A DNA stretch of 64,000 bases from Octopus vulgaris (GCA_951406725.2 OX597820.1:63922001-63986000), one strand, 5' to 3'; shown: positions 39,077-54,380, numbered from the stretch's first letter. Numbers and translations are program-made. The notes: generated from the sequence alone by a model not told the origin.

Positions 39077-41596
39077 ATGCATATTTGTATCGGCCCTAAA
39101 TATGGTAGTACATTTTTAACTAGAAACATCTTTTTACCGCTACTAGAATAGCATATGTATGTAATTACGTATTTACAGGTATGTATGCATGTATGTGCAT
39201 ACCAAGACTGTATGTTTGTTTCTGTATAATTGCATATCTACTTTACATTCAAATACGTTTTATATGTAAATTCATATTGTTAAGCTTGTTAAATTTTCTT
39301 TTTGTGTTATAGTTGAAGTTGATAGTTTCAAATTTCACGTTATGACTTTGCTCGCAAAACCATCCAATTCTGATACTTTAATATTACATAAATATTTTTT
39401 ATACACTTGTATTTATTACATTCTGTAATTTGTTTTACGACTACACTAGATTTGTTTTGGCATTTTATGTATATCCGAAAGTTTTTTTTTTTTTTCAAAT
39501 TTCTTAGATGATTATGAAAACATCATCTTCTGTAAACATCTAAGAATATATGTCTTGTCAGATTGTTACCTGTAATGAAAAAAATATGTCTTACTTTTAT
39601 GATATACGTTTATGATGATGTTATGCTAATTGTTGTTGTGAAAGTTACTGAAGTGATTGTTACTGACTGTTGTAATTGCTGCCGTTGTTTTTGCTGTTGT
39701 TTGATTCCTGATTAGTCCTAATCAAATATACTTGTTTTCAAAAGCATTTCAGCCATGATCATCACGTCTTATTTTCAAACATATCTAAAATTACATGTCG
39801 TATTTCTTTCCTTCTAAGATTCTAGGGTGAAATTCAAATGGGCTTATTTAGCTGCTATTTCATGCAGGTTTTATGACTGCACAGTTGCTTCCCTTATAAA
39901 CTCGAATTTTCTATGATATAATTAAGGCTGTTTGTTCTTAAGTCTCCCTAAAGTCGATTGTAGTAGTTATCCACAATCAATTAAGACAGTAAGTCTAATC
40001 ACCTATCCATGGGTGCATTTTAATTAGGAACATAAAGCGTTGTCATTCCATTTATTTTGCGTTCGTATGATAAGTATTGATTTATCAATGTTTGCACCAG
40101 AGAAAGCCTGACGAGAAGGAAAAGAAAAATAAGAGCAAGATAACTAAATGGGTCCTCAGGCCCTTTTAACGTTCGTTCTATTGTTTCAACATGAAAACTG
40201 TTGCATCTATAAAACTCTATATGTGCGTTTATATTTTTGTTTGAGGCAAATGGAAATGGCGGCGATCCAATGTTGTTTACGCGTCGTTCTTTTGAATTAC
40301 GGAAAGATGTCTTGTCACGACAAATGAGATTTAGTTACTTTTTTAATGCATTTGATTGCTTTTATTTTTCTTCTTGTAATTTTAAGTTTCTCTCTCTCCC
40401 ACCATTCTCTATCCTTCTATCTGTCCTTCTCTTGTTTAAATTTCTTGTGTTTTAATCTTTTGTATAGCTAAGAAATTTGTTTCTTTGTTTTTCATGATTA
40501 TAATTTTGAACTCTTTATTCAATAGTCTTCATTATTTTCAGTTTACTCTGTTTGTTTGTTTTACTCTTCTGTCGTTCTAATAGCAATTTTATTAACATTT
40601 TACATATTTCCGCGCTATATTTTCTTTTATTCCTCTATGATATTTTCAGTCCGCTTCTGGTATTTTTATATTATTAAATTCTAAAATACTAATCCAAGAA
40701 TGAATCAATAAAAGATAAACGCAACAAAAGAAAGAATATAATATCATGTAAAAGTGTTAATTTATATTGTTTATAACAAGCATTTTGGAGTAGGAGGGAA
40801 AATGAAAAGGTAATAAAGTACACAATTCAATATCACTTTACTGTTTTGGTGACTTAAGTTACACCGCAAATGTCAAATACTAAATATGATATTTTATAAA
40901 GAAATAAATAACTTGGACACGTTATCCCGCAAGGAAACAATAGTTAAGTTCGTGTTAGCATACAGATTGCAGTGAACACTAAATCATTACTTTCACAAGC
41001 GAAATTTACTTTATGCTTTGCTGATGAGATAGTAATAAGCCTGAAATATATTCAGATGAGTCTCACTGTCGTGATTAAATATTTCAACTAATATTGCCGT
41101 CTTAAATAAGTGATAAGTTTGATAAGCGATTTTAAAGTATGGTGTAGGATAACTCCGACTCACAACGTTCTGGCACAAAGTTCTCCAAAGACAAATTTGC
41201 CTGTCAACATTTTAAGTGTTGACAAAAATATATCAACCAAGGACGGTGTTCTGACAATAACGCGCACGACAACACTGATGATAGAATTCATTGACTCTAC
41301 GACGGGGGTCCTTTCCCTTAGATAACATCAATGATATTAAGTGGGAAAGATTGTATGCATGGACAGTTGCTACTCTCACTTCAAAACAACTGTTACCAGC
41401 CTCCGCATGGTTACCATCATTTCTGACTGATGAGTTCCCATTTAGAAGAATACCTGAAATGTTGGAAACGTTGGAAATATTAGCCATATAGAAGTCTATA
41501 TCTATCCCTATTCATAACTGCTTTTTGTTTCCTTAACCTTGCCCCTTTATCCATTTCGTAATCTATTTTTCTTATATCATTATTATTTCTAGCTAA

Positions 41597-41800
41597 AAGG
41601 CGACGAGCTGGCCAAGTCGTTAGTACGCTGGATAGAATGCATAGCAGCCTTTCATCCGTCTTTATGTTCTGAAGTCAAATTCCACCGAGGTTTAATTTGC
41701 CTTTCATTCTTTCGGGGTTGATAAAATAAGTGCTAGTTGAAAACTGGGGTTGATGTGGTCGACTCGTCCCCTACCCTTGCGGCAAAATTTGAAACCATTA
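41597..41800 (+). mobile_element. Family B SINE
   Basis: AAGGCGACGAGCTGG head and TTTGCCTTTCATTCTTTCGGGGTTGATAAAATAAGT domain. Confidence 0.8.
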
Positions 41801-42402
41801 CTATTACTAGTAAGCATTTTAATTCAACTTCCATTAAACAAGTTAGCATCATGCGAAAGTAAGTTTAGTACAAATATTTCCTAATTTTACCTCACACACT
41901 CGCTGAAATAATTTTAAATTTGATTGGTTATTGTGTTATATTATTTTCTCCTCGTTGCATAAACGAATATAATTATTTCTTGTTAATATTTTAATGGCCC
42001 CCTGAATTATGCTAACTTTCATAATTATTATTATATATTCATTATTATAATGCTAGTAGAAAAAGTACTTATTATATTTCGAGTAGAAAACGTCATTATT
42101 TAAACTCTAAAAATTGAGTTAGTGAGAACTTGAAAAACAGACAGCATCTTCAACAAATGTATTTTAAATGTGAAGCTACACAGCACAACTGGTTACTTAG
42201 AGTGATATTTTATAGAAACTGCTGGCTGATCAGATGGCTATATCGCACATTTGGAAGATTTGGGAGATGCTATCAAACGTACTAGCATAGATACAAGTGG
42301 GAAAATGGAGGACTGGACAGAAAATTAGGTCTGGTTTAGAACGTCGAAACTAAATGCAGAGGAGCCGACACTAATTAGCATCTCACATACCCACCTTCGG
42401 AC

Positions 42403-42450
<48 letters not shown>

Positions 42451-42503
42451 GTAGGTAGGTAGGTAGGTAGGTAGGTAGGTAGGTAGGTAGGTAGGTAGGT
42501 AGG

Positions 42504-42565
<62 letters not shown>

Positions 42566-42569
42566 TGAA

Positions 42570-42890
42570 GGAGCACACCGTCGGTTATGACGGCGAGGTT
42601 TTCCAGTTGATACGATCAACGGAACAGCTTGCTCATGAAATTAACGTGGAAGTCGCCGAGCACATCAGAGACATATGTACCCTTAACATAATTTTCAGGG
42701 AGATTCAGCATGACACAGATTGTGATACGGCTGGCCTTTTGAAATACAGGTACTACTCATTTTTGCCAGCTGAGTGGACTGGAGCAACGAGAAATAAAGT
42801 GTCTTGCACAAGGACACAATGCGTCGCCGGGAATTGAACTCACGTCCTTACAATCGTGAGCCGAATGTCCTAACCACTAAGCCACACACC
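42570..42890 (-). mobile_element. Family C SINE
   Basis: Reverse complement of 54017-54316. Confidence 0.85.
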
Positions 42891-43419
42891 TACACACACA
42901 CAAGTACAATGCACATACCCAAATGCATTAGCCTATACGTGTATTATGGAGCTATTTTTATGGCCTATCTCTTATGTCACATTTTTGTGGATAAAAATTG
43001 ATTACATTTCATGCTTTATATTTAACAGGTCACAGATTGTAGTTCATCCATTTGATATCCCGATTCAAAATGTTGTGTACAGACGACACTGAGCTTGTTT
43101 AGTGTTGTTCATCCCATGCGGTGTCATTTTGGAGAGCAACTTTTGAAAGCCACTTTTGTGAGTGACACATTTTATAGCTCGCTTCGTAGATAAACCTTTA
43201 TATTGGAGGGAGTCCTCCCTTCATTCAAACATCTCCACTTTGTGGGTTGACTATATAACTGAACACACCCTTTATCGAGTTGATTTTGCCTTTTGGTTAA
43301 TACTCCTTTTGATCACACAGTAGTCATGGGATCACTTCGATAGGAAAGCCTGCCTTAATTTACATTCTGTGCATCTATATAATTGGTGCAAATGTCTTAT
43401 TTTAGCTTTGAAGGAGTGG

Positions 43420-43797
43420 ATGTGTACGGTAAGTAGCTTGCTTACCAACCACATGGTTCCGGGTTCAGCCCCACTGCGTGGCACCTTGGGCCGACCAAGG
43501 CCTTGTGAGTGGATTTGGTAGACAGAAACTGAAAGAAGCCCGTCGTATATATGTACATATGTATTTGTATGTGTGTGTATATGTGTGTGTCTATGTTTGT
43601 ACCCCCAACATCGCTTGACAACCGATGCTGGTGTGTTTAAGTCCCCGTAACTTAGCGGTTTGGCAAAAGAGACCGATAGAACAAGTAGTAGGCTTAGAAA
43701 GAATAAGTTCTGGGGTCGATTCGATCGACTAAAGGCGGTGCTCCAGCATGGCCACATGACTGAAACAAGTAAAAGAGTAAAAGAATAAAGAGTAAAG
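43420..43797 (+). mobile_element. Family A SINE
   Basis: Collinear with 30876-31307, with a small deletion in the core. Confidence 0.88.
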
Positions 43798-44269
43798 TGT
43801 ATAACTTATTCCAATAGAACACTTAAAACCGATCCTCTTTTCGTGGGAACTTTTAACGAGCTATTTTGCACTCTGCGTATTGTAAGGAATATCGTGCTCA
43901 CTTTGCATGCAGACGGTTCTGCTCACAGATTATCGGCGTCGATTTCGTTGCCTCCTCAGTACAAGTCTACTGCAACTAACCAGCTACGAAATGACAACAT
44001 CACCATCAAGTCACTGAAAAAGTTCCTACACGGTCAATCGTTTTGGTAGAAGAAAAACAGTCCAATCATCCTAAGATCACACAGAAAGGCTTATTAATGT
44101 TAGGATAAAGAGTTGTAGAGAAACAGCCAAAAAGGCATGGATGTTACATATTTGCACATGGATCAGCTAGACTGGGAATTAATTCATGCCGAAACCACAT
44201 CAGAAACAATACATCCGTTCACATTATATAATACATATCGAGCTACAAAAGTAATGATAATAACTAAAA

Positions 44270-44900
44270 ATAATGAACTAAGACGGCATAACATTAAACA
44301 ATGAAAATGGGCAAAAGTGTAAAAGAATTTGTGTACCTTGGTACTCCTAAAACCAATTTCTTCAATGTTACTCGTGATATCAAGAGAACAACTGACACAT
44401 CAAGGAATGCCACGATATCACTGCAGAACATATGGAATAATAAGATCATCTTACAAGCAAATAGAAATGATTCCTTAATTCATTGATATTCAACACTGCA
44501 ATTTATGGAGCTGAATGCTAGATTATAAACAAAATGATGGATAAATAGAAAATCAAAGCATTTGAACAATGGTGTTTAGACACATTTTTAGACACATTTC
44601 CAGAATAAGCTGGACGGATAAAAGTATTAGTGAGTGGGTAAGATAAAGTGAGTGAGTGGGTAAGATAAAATGTCAGGCAAGACAGTTAAATACTATCAGG
44701 AAAACAAAATCGTGTTTCACCAGCAATATATCTAGAAGAGAAGTCCTTGACAAATTTCGCTTAAGAGATGCGGCACATGGCAAAAGAAAAGACGAAACTA
44801 AATTTACCGATAACTCCAAAGAAACTAGTAGCAGAAGTTTTGCAGAACTGCGCAGATTTGCACAGGACTGGCAATGGTGGAAGTCTGCGGTAACTTAGTT
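44270..44900 (+). pseudogene. RTE-clade LINE ORF 3' remnant
   Basis: VKEFVYLG, IYGAEC*, IKAFEQWC, RISWTDK and AQDWQWW motifs across frames. Confidence 0.7.
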
Positions 44901-44969
44901 ATTTGACCCTTCCGTTCAAAGAGGGAAAAGAAAACAATCATCACTCTAGCTATAGTACATAGTAACCTA

Positions 44970-45193
44970 TTTGTTTTACTACCCACAAGGGGCTAAACGC
45001 AGAGAGGACAAACAAGGATAGACGAACGGATTAAGTCGATTATATCGACCTCAGTGCGTAACTGGAACTTATTTAATCGACCTCGAAAGGATGAAAGGCA
45101 AAGTCAACCTCGGCGGAATTTGAACTCAGAACGTAACGGCAGACAAAATACCGCAAAGCATTTTGTCCGGCGTGCTAACGATTCTGCCAGCTT
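44970..45193 (-). mobile_element. Family B SINE with Tx1-like tail
   Basis: Collinear with 29686-29917; tail CTGCGTTTAGCCCCTTGTGGGTAGTAAAAC. Confidence 0.85.
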
Positions 45194-45944
45194 AAGAAAA
45201 CATATTCTAATAAACCTATAACCACCTTAAAATCACTGAAAACCACAGCTTGAAATCTAATCATAAAAAGGCTAGATGGTCCCAGTTGGAAGCTCTTCGA
45301 TCAGAACCTTATACAATGAAAGGTGATGTTAAATTAATAGAAACGTTAGCGCGGCAGGTGAAATACTTAACTGTATTTCGTCCGTCTTTACGCTTTTGGG
45401 TTCAAATTTCGCCGAGGGCGACTTTGACGTACAGATTATTTCATTAAACGGCGGTGCATCAGCATGGCCGCAGCTCTAAGCTGGAACTAGAAAGAGAGAA
45501 TTTAAGAATTTAGGAAATTTATCTTTTGATAATACAGCTGCAAATAAAATATACCTACAAAGCAATAATAAACAGAAGACTGGAAGGTCACGGCTGGAGC
45601 TTATTTGTTTATAGGTTTAATTCGTAAAATGGTAAAAACATGACGGCCGCAAATATAAAAGTATGAATCAGGTGGTACACCAAACAAGAGCTGGATTTTT
45701 CCATATTCTTTCAATTTACAATTTAAGTTTCGAAAATGCGAAGCGCTACTTGGGAATTCTCCACAAATGGTAAAATAAAATTTTCAAAGTAGAAAATGAA
45801 AAAATATAATATGTATAATGCAATTTAAAATCACCTGCAGAACTGTCTGCAAATTGCTCCTGCTTACTGCAGAGTTTTATTATTTTCATTCATACATTCA
45901 TTCATAATTTGTGTACATGTATGTGTATGTGTACGTATGTATGC

Positions 45945-45994
<50 letters not shown>

Positions 45995-46331
45995 GTATGT
46001 ATCTACATATATAAACACATACATAGCTACATATATATAATTGTATTTATATACGTGTATATATATATATGTATGTATGTATATGCATACATACATTCAT
46101 GTATTCATGTCAATGCGTATGTGTGCAGGTGAATACATGTAGGTTGCATATACAATCACATATCTGCATATACATGCACACACATATATATAAAGATGCG
46201 TACATTGATGTATGTATATCGACACTTATATACAAGGATATATTCATATATATATAAATATTCATGCATCATATTTATATATATATATATATATGTATAT
46301 ACATACCTTAAGTGTGAGTGTTCATATATAC

Positions 46332-46381
<50 letters not shown>

Positions 46382-46702
46382 GTATATAAAAATCTAGATA
46401 CACATATGTACACAAAACCACCTGCATGCCAGCCTCTCACAGCGCTCCACACGCACACCTCACATACAAATCTTGCACACATATACACTAAAAGAGATCT
46501 CAGATCTCTATACTGTTTTCCGTCATAGTTGCAGTTCATTCACTCTATTATGAATGCTGTGGATTATTTCATACAATTTTGCAGTTATTTTTTCTTTTAT
46601 TTTATGTAACATTTTTCATTCAATATTTTCCTTTCAGTTTCTTGTATCCAAAATTCTAGTTTGATCTCTGAAATCATTTATTTAACTAGCTATCAATCTC
46701 TC

Positions 46703-46766
<64 letters not shown>

Positions 46767-46810
46767 GATACACTTTCTTTATTATACTTTTCAGCTTTTT
46801 AATTGTATCA

Positions 46811-46874
<64 letters not shown>

Positions 46875-46965
46875 CTTCGAAAGATCGGGTGTTGTCAAAA
46901 TAATGTAAGCATTATCCGCTTGAGTTCAAACTAAGACAAAGTTATAAATATTTTTTCTTGCTACA

Positions 46966-47462
<497 letters not shown>

Positions 47463-47469
47463 ACTTACA

Positions 47470-48100
47470 AGTCCTGAAATTTCAGTGGCGCAGGCTACTT
47501 GATTTCATCGACCCCCTTTTTCGACTGGCATTTATTTTATCGATCCTGAAAACAAAACGAAATGAAGTCAAAAATCACGTCGGTAGTATGCAGACTCAGA
47601 ACATAAAGCCGCAAAGAAATACCGCTAAGCACTTTGCCTGGTGCGCTAAAGATACTGCTCCCTAGATAAGGTTTTTTAAATTCGTTTCAAATACTAGGGC
47701 AAGGCCAGCAATTTTTAAGAATAGGGGTCTAGTCTATTACATCGTACCCAGTACACAACATTCATTTTACTATTCCGAAAAATCCCCGACAGAATCGAAC
47801 TCTTAATCTAAAGCTAGAAGTATTGCTATTTATCAGTGTCTTCGCGGTGGTAGCGATTTTGCAGCCTTAGACATAGCTATAGCTATAACTAATAATTTTT
47901 ACTATCGACACATGGCCTGAAATTTTTGTTGCTGGTCGACGACGAAGACCCCAGTGCTGGACTGATACTTATGTTATTGACTTCCATAAGTGTGAAATGA
48001 AAAGTCGATCTCGACGGAATTTGAACTCAGATCGTACAGCTGCAAGAAATGGTTAAGCACTTTGTCAGGAGCGCTAACGATTCCTCCAGCTCGTCGCATT
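47470..48100 (-). mobile_element. Three tandem decayed family B SINEs
   Basis: Repeated GGCCAGCAATTT/GGCCTGAAATTT..CCCCAGT..AACTCAGA..GCTAACGATT modules. Confidence 0.7.
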
Positions 48101-48480
48101 AACAAAGATAATAACATGTATGATATTAAATAAAAGAAAATGACAAACGTGGGTTCAAGTCCAACGGATAGTCTTGGATTGTTTCTGCATCCTAGGCGTT
48201 TTGTGACGCAATACTCTACAAGCTGTGATTAATAGCTTTTACCTGCTTCGAGTGCTACACCATTAAAAAATGGTGTGCTTCATATCTCACAACGTTTCGG
48301 AATTTTTATATATACGAAAAGCATATTTTTTTGAAATAGCTCTGACTTGAGTATTACGTTCAAATTATTCTTCAAAATTTTCGTCTCATGATATTTAGTT
48401 GTATCCTATTCCGAGACGAGAGAATTATTATTTTATTCAATTTTACTAAAAGCAGAATAAATATGAGTATCTGCCTGTGT

Positions 48481-48561
<81 letters not shown>

Positions 48562-49660
48562 ATATGTGTTGGCCAATTCAATTAGCATATGTGTGCGCAA
48601 TCTCACGTGTATGAGTACATATATATACATGCATATATACATATATGTATGAATATATATGTATATACCTATATGCATAAATATCTGTATACACACAAGC
48701 ACATGTGTATGATTATATATATGTATGTAAGTATGTGTGCATGTATGTATGTATTCATAACTAATATTTATTGAGATATTGTTTTATTAGTTTGAGTTAA
48801 AATATGAAAAATTCACTGACTGGCTCTCCAATCTCAAAGCAATTTTTTTAAAGCAATATTCTACATGCTCACATACATATATACAACGCATTGACATACA
48901 CACACGTACATATGTATACACATGCATATACTTACATACCTGCGTGAACGCATAAATACCATTCCTATCACAAAAAATTTAATTTTGGTGATTTGGAACT
49001 TTGGGAATTCTTGTAAAGATCTGACTATAATGTCTGTGTTTGAACGTCAGAATGAAATAATCAAATGTTAAGTTTATGAGAAGCAAAACCAAAGATTGAA
49101 AAACCTGACGAACAGATGATCCTATACATCGGTTTACTTCAATTTCTTTCATGACAATCTAATTTCACATTCTACTTTTGTAATAGCGTTTCAAAAATCG
49201 CAACAAGCATTTCATCAAAGGTGGCCAATTACTTATCTGCTTATATGATAAAAGTGAACGAAACTAAGCATATAATTGAAAACAGCTCTACTAAATGTGA
49301 TGTTGAAGTGATTGCATGTATATGGAGAGGATGGTCGGTAAGATTCTCACATCAAATAGATAATGTAGAATGAGTGGTTATGAGAACTGAATGAACTCGT
49401 TGATTAAGGTGATACATAAATAAACGAGCGCTGGCGCTAATGCAGAGGATTGAATATATCTTTAATATGCAGCAACATATTGCAGAGGATTGAATATATA
49501 TTTAATATGCAGCAACAGTAACTGCTGGAGACAGCGCAATCTTCCACTCAAAATTATGCTACTAGACCTATATATCTCGTGTCATTCACCTAAGTTTCGC
49601 AAATCCGCTTTCTCGCGCAGAATGAACATGTACAACATGTGCACATATAATGTATACACA

Positions 49661-49774
<114 letters not shown>

Positions 49775-49872
49775 CAGGATAATCCTTTTTAATATCTAAT
49801 CTGTTTCATTTCACTTATTTGATGAAATTTATAGAATTTTGTTTAATAAGTTAAGTCTTATATTGATCATTT

Positions 49873-49951
<79 letters not shown>

Positions 49952-49956
<5 letters not shown>

Positions 49957-50170
49957 ATCCAAACATGAAAGCACGAAAAAACACAACGCGAGGACGTGGA
50001 ACAAATATAGTTTTATTGGACGCTCAGGAAAGAATGAAAGAAGGAGGTTTTAACGTTTCGAGCGGAGCTCTTCGTCGGAAACATAGGAGAAGGAAAGTTC
50101 CAGAGAAGGGAAGACAGAAAAAATCGCCAACCGTACACACGCGGTCACATTTTGAGTGTGACCGCGTGAA
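49952..50170 (-). mobile_element. Penelope-type pseudo-LTR remnant with minimal hammerhead-like motif (50047-50082) and 12-bp hairpin (50137-50168)
   Basis: Minus strand CCGACGA-AGAGC-TCC-GCTC-GAAACGTT; CACGCGGTCACA/TGTGACCGCGTG; flanked by (TA)n. Decayed relative at about 13780-13812. Confidence 0.6.
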
Positions 50171-50849
50171 TATATATATATACATTTATAATTCAGGGCA
50201 TCTACGAGATACCGCCATATTGAAAATAGCAGCCCACATCTGACTCTAAAACCACCTTAAATCTTCATACAGCACATGGAGGAAAAACAAAAAGACAAAA
50301 TAAAACCAGCAAAAAATTACTGGATAATTCCAGATCCCGGATTTCTGACTTTGTATTAAGAAATGCTTTGCCTCCTCAATGGAATACACACAGAAAGTAA
50401 CATAAATACACATAAATATAAATATCACATACGAATACTTACATGTACAACTGTATATATCTATCTGGAAAGAGGGAGAGAGAGAGGTGGGGAGAAGGGA
50501 GATAGAGAATATAAAGGGTTTTGTACTCTATCGATTAGGTACGCTGTATAAGTGGTATAATTGGTCATCCGTTTGGTTCTGAGTTCTAAGTTCCCAGTTA
50601 GCAAGTATATATTAGAAGAAAACGGATAACAAGAACACAGCAAGTGTCACATGTCATTTAGAATATTTATTTAGAGTAAAGTGAATTTGAAGTAATTAAT
50701 TAATTAGTTACGTTGCTAACTTGTGGAAAGGGATGACGATGTACTGTCTATGGACAAGTTAATGTTTAGAGTGATATTAGGGGATTGGCTCGTATTATTA
50801 TTATTATTATTGTTGTTGTTGTTGTTATTATTCTTATTATTATTATTAC

Positions 50850-52420
50850 TAATATAATGTCTTTGCACAAATTCTAACGCTGGTGATATACTCCGGTGTC
50901 AGATGTTCACTACAGTGCTGTTTCCTCCAAGTGCTCCACCCTTATTGCAACCCAGGGCCCCGACAATTGTTGGTTCTACTACCTCCTCGTTCATCGACCA
51001 GAACTGCTTAACCTCCCAAGCTAACCTGTCATATCTATCGAAATTTCGCTCTTCTTTATCGCATACCTGTTGTCAGGTGGGCATACCATATCTATGATCC
51101 AGCATCGTTTGCTTTCTTTCACAATTAAGACTGTGTCTGGTTACTTTTTTCTCTATCTCAAGGTCACAGTGAATCATAAAATCCCGTAGGATCTTTGAAT
51201 TATCCTTTTCAATGTTACCTTCGGGTTTATGCTCGTACCACATTTTTGCTCTGTCAAGTCCATACTTGCTGCAAAGTGTCCAATGGACAATCCTTGCTAT
51301 GCTGTCAGGAAGTCTCGTATAATTCTTCTGGGCTAATGGCGTATACTGACTGGTAATATATCATACGGTTTCACCATATTTTCCACAAATTCTACGCTTG
51401 TCACTTTCGGAATTGTTATTTATTTTGCATTTGATGTAATTGGCTCTTAATGCTTGTTCTTGGGCAGCACAGATTAGAGCCTCTGTTTCTGGTTTTAAAT
51501 TACTTTTAGCTGTTTTCTTCTGCTATAATGCTGTGTTCGCATCCATTCAGTGCTCTTTACCCACTTTTTCTTGGTACATACAGTCTGTCTGTGTCACTTT
51601 TCGAGAAAAAAAAAAGCAATGAAACATGAAGAACTAGTAATTTCAGATAGAGAAGTGAAGGAAATCAGCAAAAAGGGCAACTGGTAAGCCCAGGGTATTT
51701 CAGTATTTCATTCACATTTTTCGTTTCTTGGTTGTTTCCACCGATCCACCTTTTTAAGGTTGCAATTCATGCCGCTATCTCCTGTTGCCTTGCATTTATC
51801 TGTCGTAGATGGCATTTTGCCAATCTGTCATGTCGCCATTAGTTTTATTGTCTTCTTCAAGACCATCTATATGTCTCTCATAGAGCAAGCTATCACTGTT
51901 CCTTTCCTGTAGTCTATTAGAGATTTCACCTCTGTTTTCTGCTATGAGATTACTTTTATCAGTAAGAACTGTATTTCCACCGTTTCCTCTGATGCTGTTA
52001 TCTAATTATCGTTTTTTGACAACTTCGAGCTCTACATCTATGAACCATTGATTTTTTTATTATTACTCTATCTTGATCACATAATCTCTGTTCCGTGAGT
52101 TGAAAGAATCCTCTTTCTCGCCATTGATCATATATACGTTGTCGGTATCCCCTAATGTGAACACCATTTTCGTCTACAGGGTTGCTCAGGCAGTAACGAC
52201 AGGCTGGAGATGGACTAGTGTCTCTGAGCCTGATGGGTGCAACACTGTTACCATCAAGGTCTTAAGTTTCATTGCAACCGTTATTCACAATATTTTGATT
52301 TTCCATTGTCACTCATATGAAGTAGCGATTATCAGGTTGCACAATTACCATTGTTTTTATTGTGACTTCACCATTAGAGGTATCATCAATCAGGAAATGG
52401 GGAGATTCCAAACACCTTCT
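50850..52420 (-). mobile_element. Internally deleted R4/Dong-type element: N-terminus plus zinc-knuckle/RLE, no RT
   Basis: RGYRQRIYDQWRERGFFQLTEQRLCDQ (about 52170-52070); LKPETEALICAAQEQALR..IVHWTLC..WYEHKPE..KILRDF..PD..IIDMVCP (about 51500-51075); (TAA)n on both sides. Confidence 0.85.
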
Positions 52421-52425
52421 TTCAC

Positions 52426-52553
<128 letters not shown>

Positions 52554-52758
52554 TCAGCATTAGAAGTAATAGTGCTATTAGTATTAATATTCGTTTGAGT
52601 CATACTCTGTTCTTCCTCGGAAGCGGGGATATTTGCATTCTAGTTTATACTGATTATAGAGCTACGGTTACGGGTATGGTACATGCTATCATGGTCGGTG
52701 TTAGTGTTGTCGCTCCATTGACCTATGCTATGATTATATGTATTTAAGTAGTAGGAAT

Positions 52759-52856
52759 GGTGCTAGGACAATTCCTCCCCAATTATTTCGTCGTCGGTCA
52801 ATTCGTCGTTGATCAATTCATCCTCAGGTCAATTCGTCGCTGGCTAATTCGTCCCA
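52759..52856 (+). repeat. Five ~15-bp spaced GG(A/T)CAATTCGTC motifs, likely structured MULE terminal repeat
   Basis: GGACAATTCCTCC, GGTCAATTCGTCG, GATCAATTCATCC, GGTCAATTCGTCG, GGCTAATTCGTCC upstream of the FLYWCH ORF. Confidence 0.65.
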
Positions 52857-52954
52857 AAATACTCTTAAATGTGACTTTCGGGTGCAAGTTTAGAACAATC
52901 ACTTTAGAATTCAAATTGTCGTTGTAGAATCTTTAGACATTTTTTCCCTTTTTA

Positions 52955-52991
<37 letters not shown>

Positions 52992-53106
52992 ACTCTCTCT
53001 TTCTCTCTCTCTTTTTCTCTCTCTTATGTATCTGCGCTGAACAATTTAAGAACAAAGATTTCCAAGCAAATCGAATTAAATTTATTCAAGACGCCTACCT
53101 ATCATC

Positions 53107-53600
53107 ATGATCGTAACTTCAGAGAAAGGAAAAATCAAAGTGGTCGATCAAGAAAATTATATATACACAAAAAATAAGCAGCATGCAGATGTATTGAAGA
53201 TATACTGGAGGTGTGAAAATCGTGAGTGCAAGGCGAGACTTCATACAAATGAAAATTATAAAGAGCTGAAGAAGATTAGGATCCATAATCACGCTTCAAC
53301 TGCTGCAGTGTTAAATGCAAGGATAATAGTTTCAAATATCAAAGTAAAGTCTATTTCATCTCGTGATGCTCCTCGCTCAGATATCGCTAGTGAAGTTCAG
53401 AATTTAAACGACTGTACGTTGTCGCAAATACCTCCGTTTGCACAGCTTAGTATGAATTTTAGCCGTTAGAGTCAAGCTGATTCCAACTATCCTGCTACCC
53501 CACCTACAAATGTTGGCTTTTCCATTCCAAGTGGATACTCTTAATTTGACAATGATGAAATGTTTTTACAGTTTGACAACAGCCAGAGACGATCAGCTAT
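53107..53600 (+). pseudogene. FLYWCH-domain Mutator-like (Phantom-type) transposase 5' fragment
   Basis: SEKGK..YIY....YWRC....CKARL..HNH; continues in frame past stops to EMFLQFD, then truncated by microsatellite. Confidence 0.8.
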
Positions 53601-53984
53601 TAGGTGGTACAGAACTATATTTATATATATATATATATATACAGAGAGAGAGGGGCAGAGAGAGGGAGAGGGAGAGGAAGAGAGACGGAGAGAGAGGGAG
53701 GGGGAGAGAGAGATGAAGTAGGTACAATGAAAGAAGAGAAGTGACAAAGATTTTAATGAGCAGTTACAATAGTTAAGAGATACAATAGTAAAATGCAAAG
53801 ATTTAGCACTACAGTGGCAAGGGGGGGGGAGTAGGTGACAGTTACATCCACATTCAGTATGTACGTGTGAGTATGAGTGTGTGTGTGTGTGCGTGTTGTG
53901 TGTTTGCATGTGCGTGTGAGTGTGCGGACGCATTTGTTTTTACGTGTGGTCTAGGTTTCACTCTGTTTCACACTAATCACATAC

Positions 53985-54016
<32 letters not shown>

Positions 54017-54017
<1 letters not shown>

Positions 54018-54316
54018 AAGGCGTATGGCTTAGTGGTTAGGGCACTCGTCTCACGATTGTAAGGTCGTGAGTTCGATTCCCAGCGACGCGTTGTGTCCTT
54101 GAGCAAGACACTTTATTTCACGTTGCTCCAGTCCACTCAGCTAGCAGAAATGAGTTGTACCTGTATTTCAAAAAGCCGGCCTTGTCACACTCTGTGTGAT
54201 GCTGAATCTCCCTGAGAACTACGTTAGGGGTACGCGTGTCTGTGAATTACTCAGTCACTTGCACGTTAATTTCACGAGGAAGCTGTTCCGTTGATTGTAA
54301 CCGACGGAGTGCTCCT
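54017..54316 (+). mobile_element. Family C tRNA-derived CORE-like SINE
   Basis: A box TGGCTTAGTGG, B box GTTCGATTCC, GTGTCCTTGAGCAAGACACTT core. Confidence 0.88.
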
Positions 54317-54323
54317 ATGTATG

Positions 54324-54380
<57 letters not shown>

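Noticed and set aside
41110-41491. Overlapping short ORFs as a host exon
   Set aside because: No recognisable product; a possible decayed Penelope endonuclease end with a CTGATGA..GAAACGTT motif, too weak to annotate.
49441-49517. Short tandem duplication of about 40 bp
   Set aside because: Ordinary slippage duplication with no further structure.
54017-54090. tRNA genes here and at 63597 and 63837
   Set aside because: A and B boxes are present but there is no proper acceptor stem, and the sequence continues into SINE bodies.
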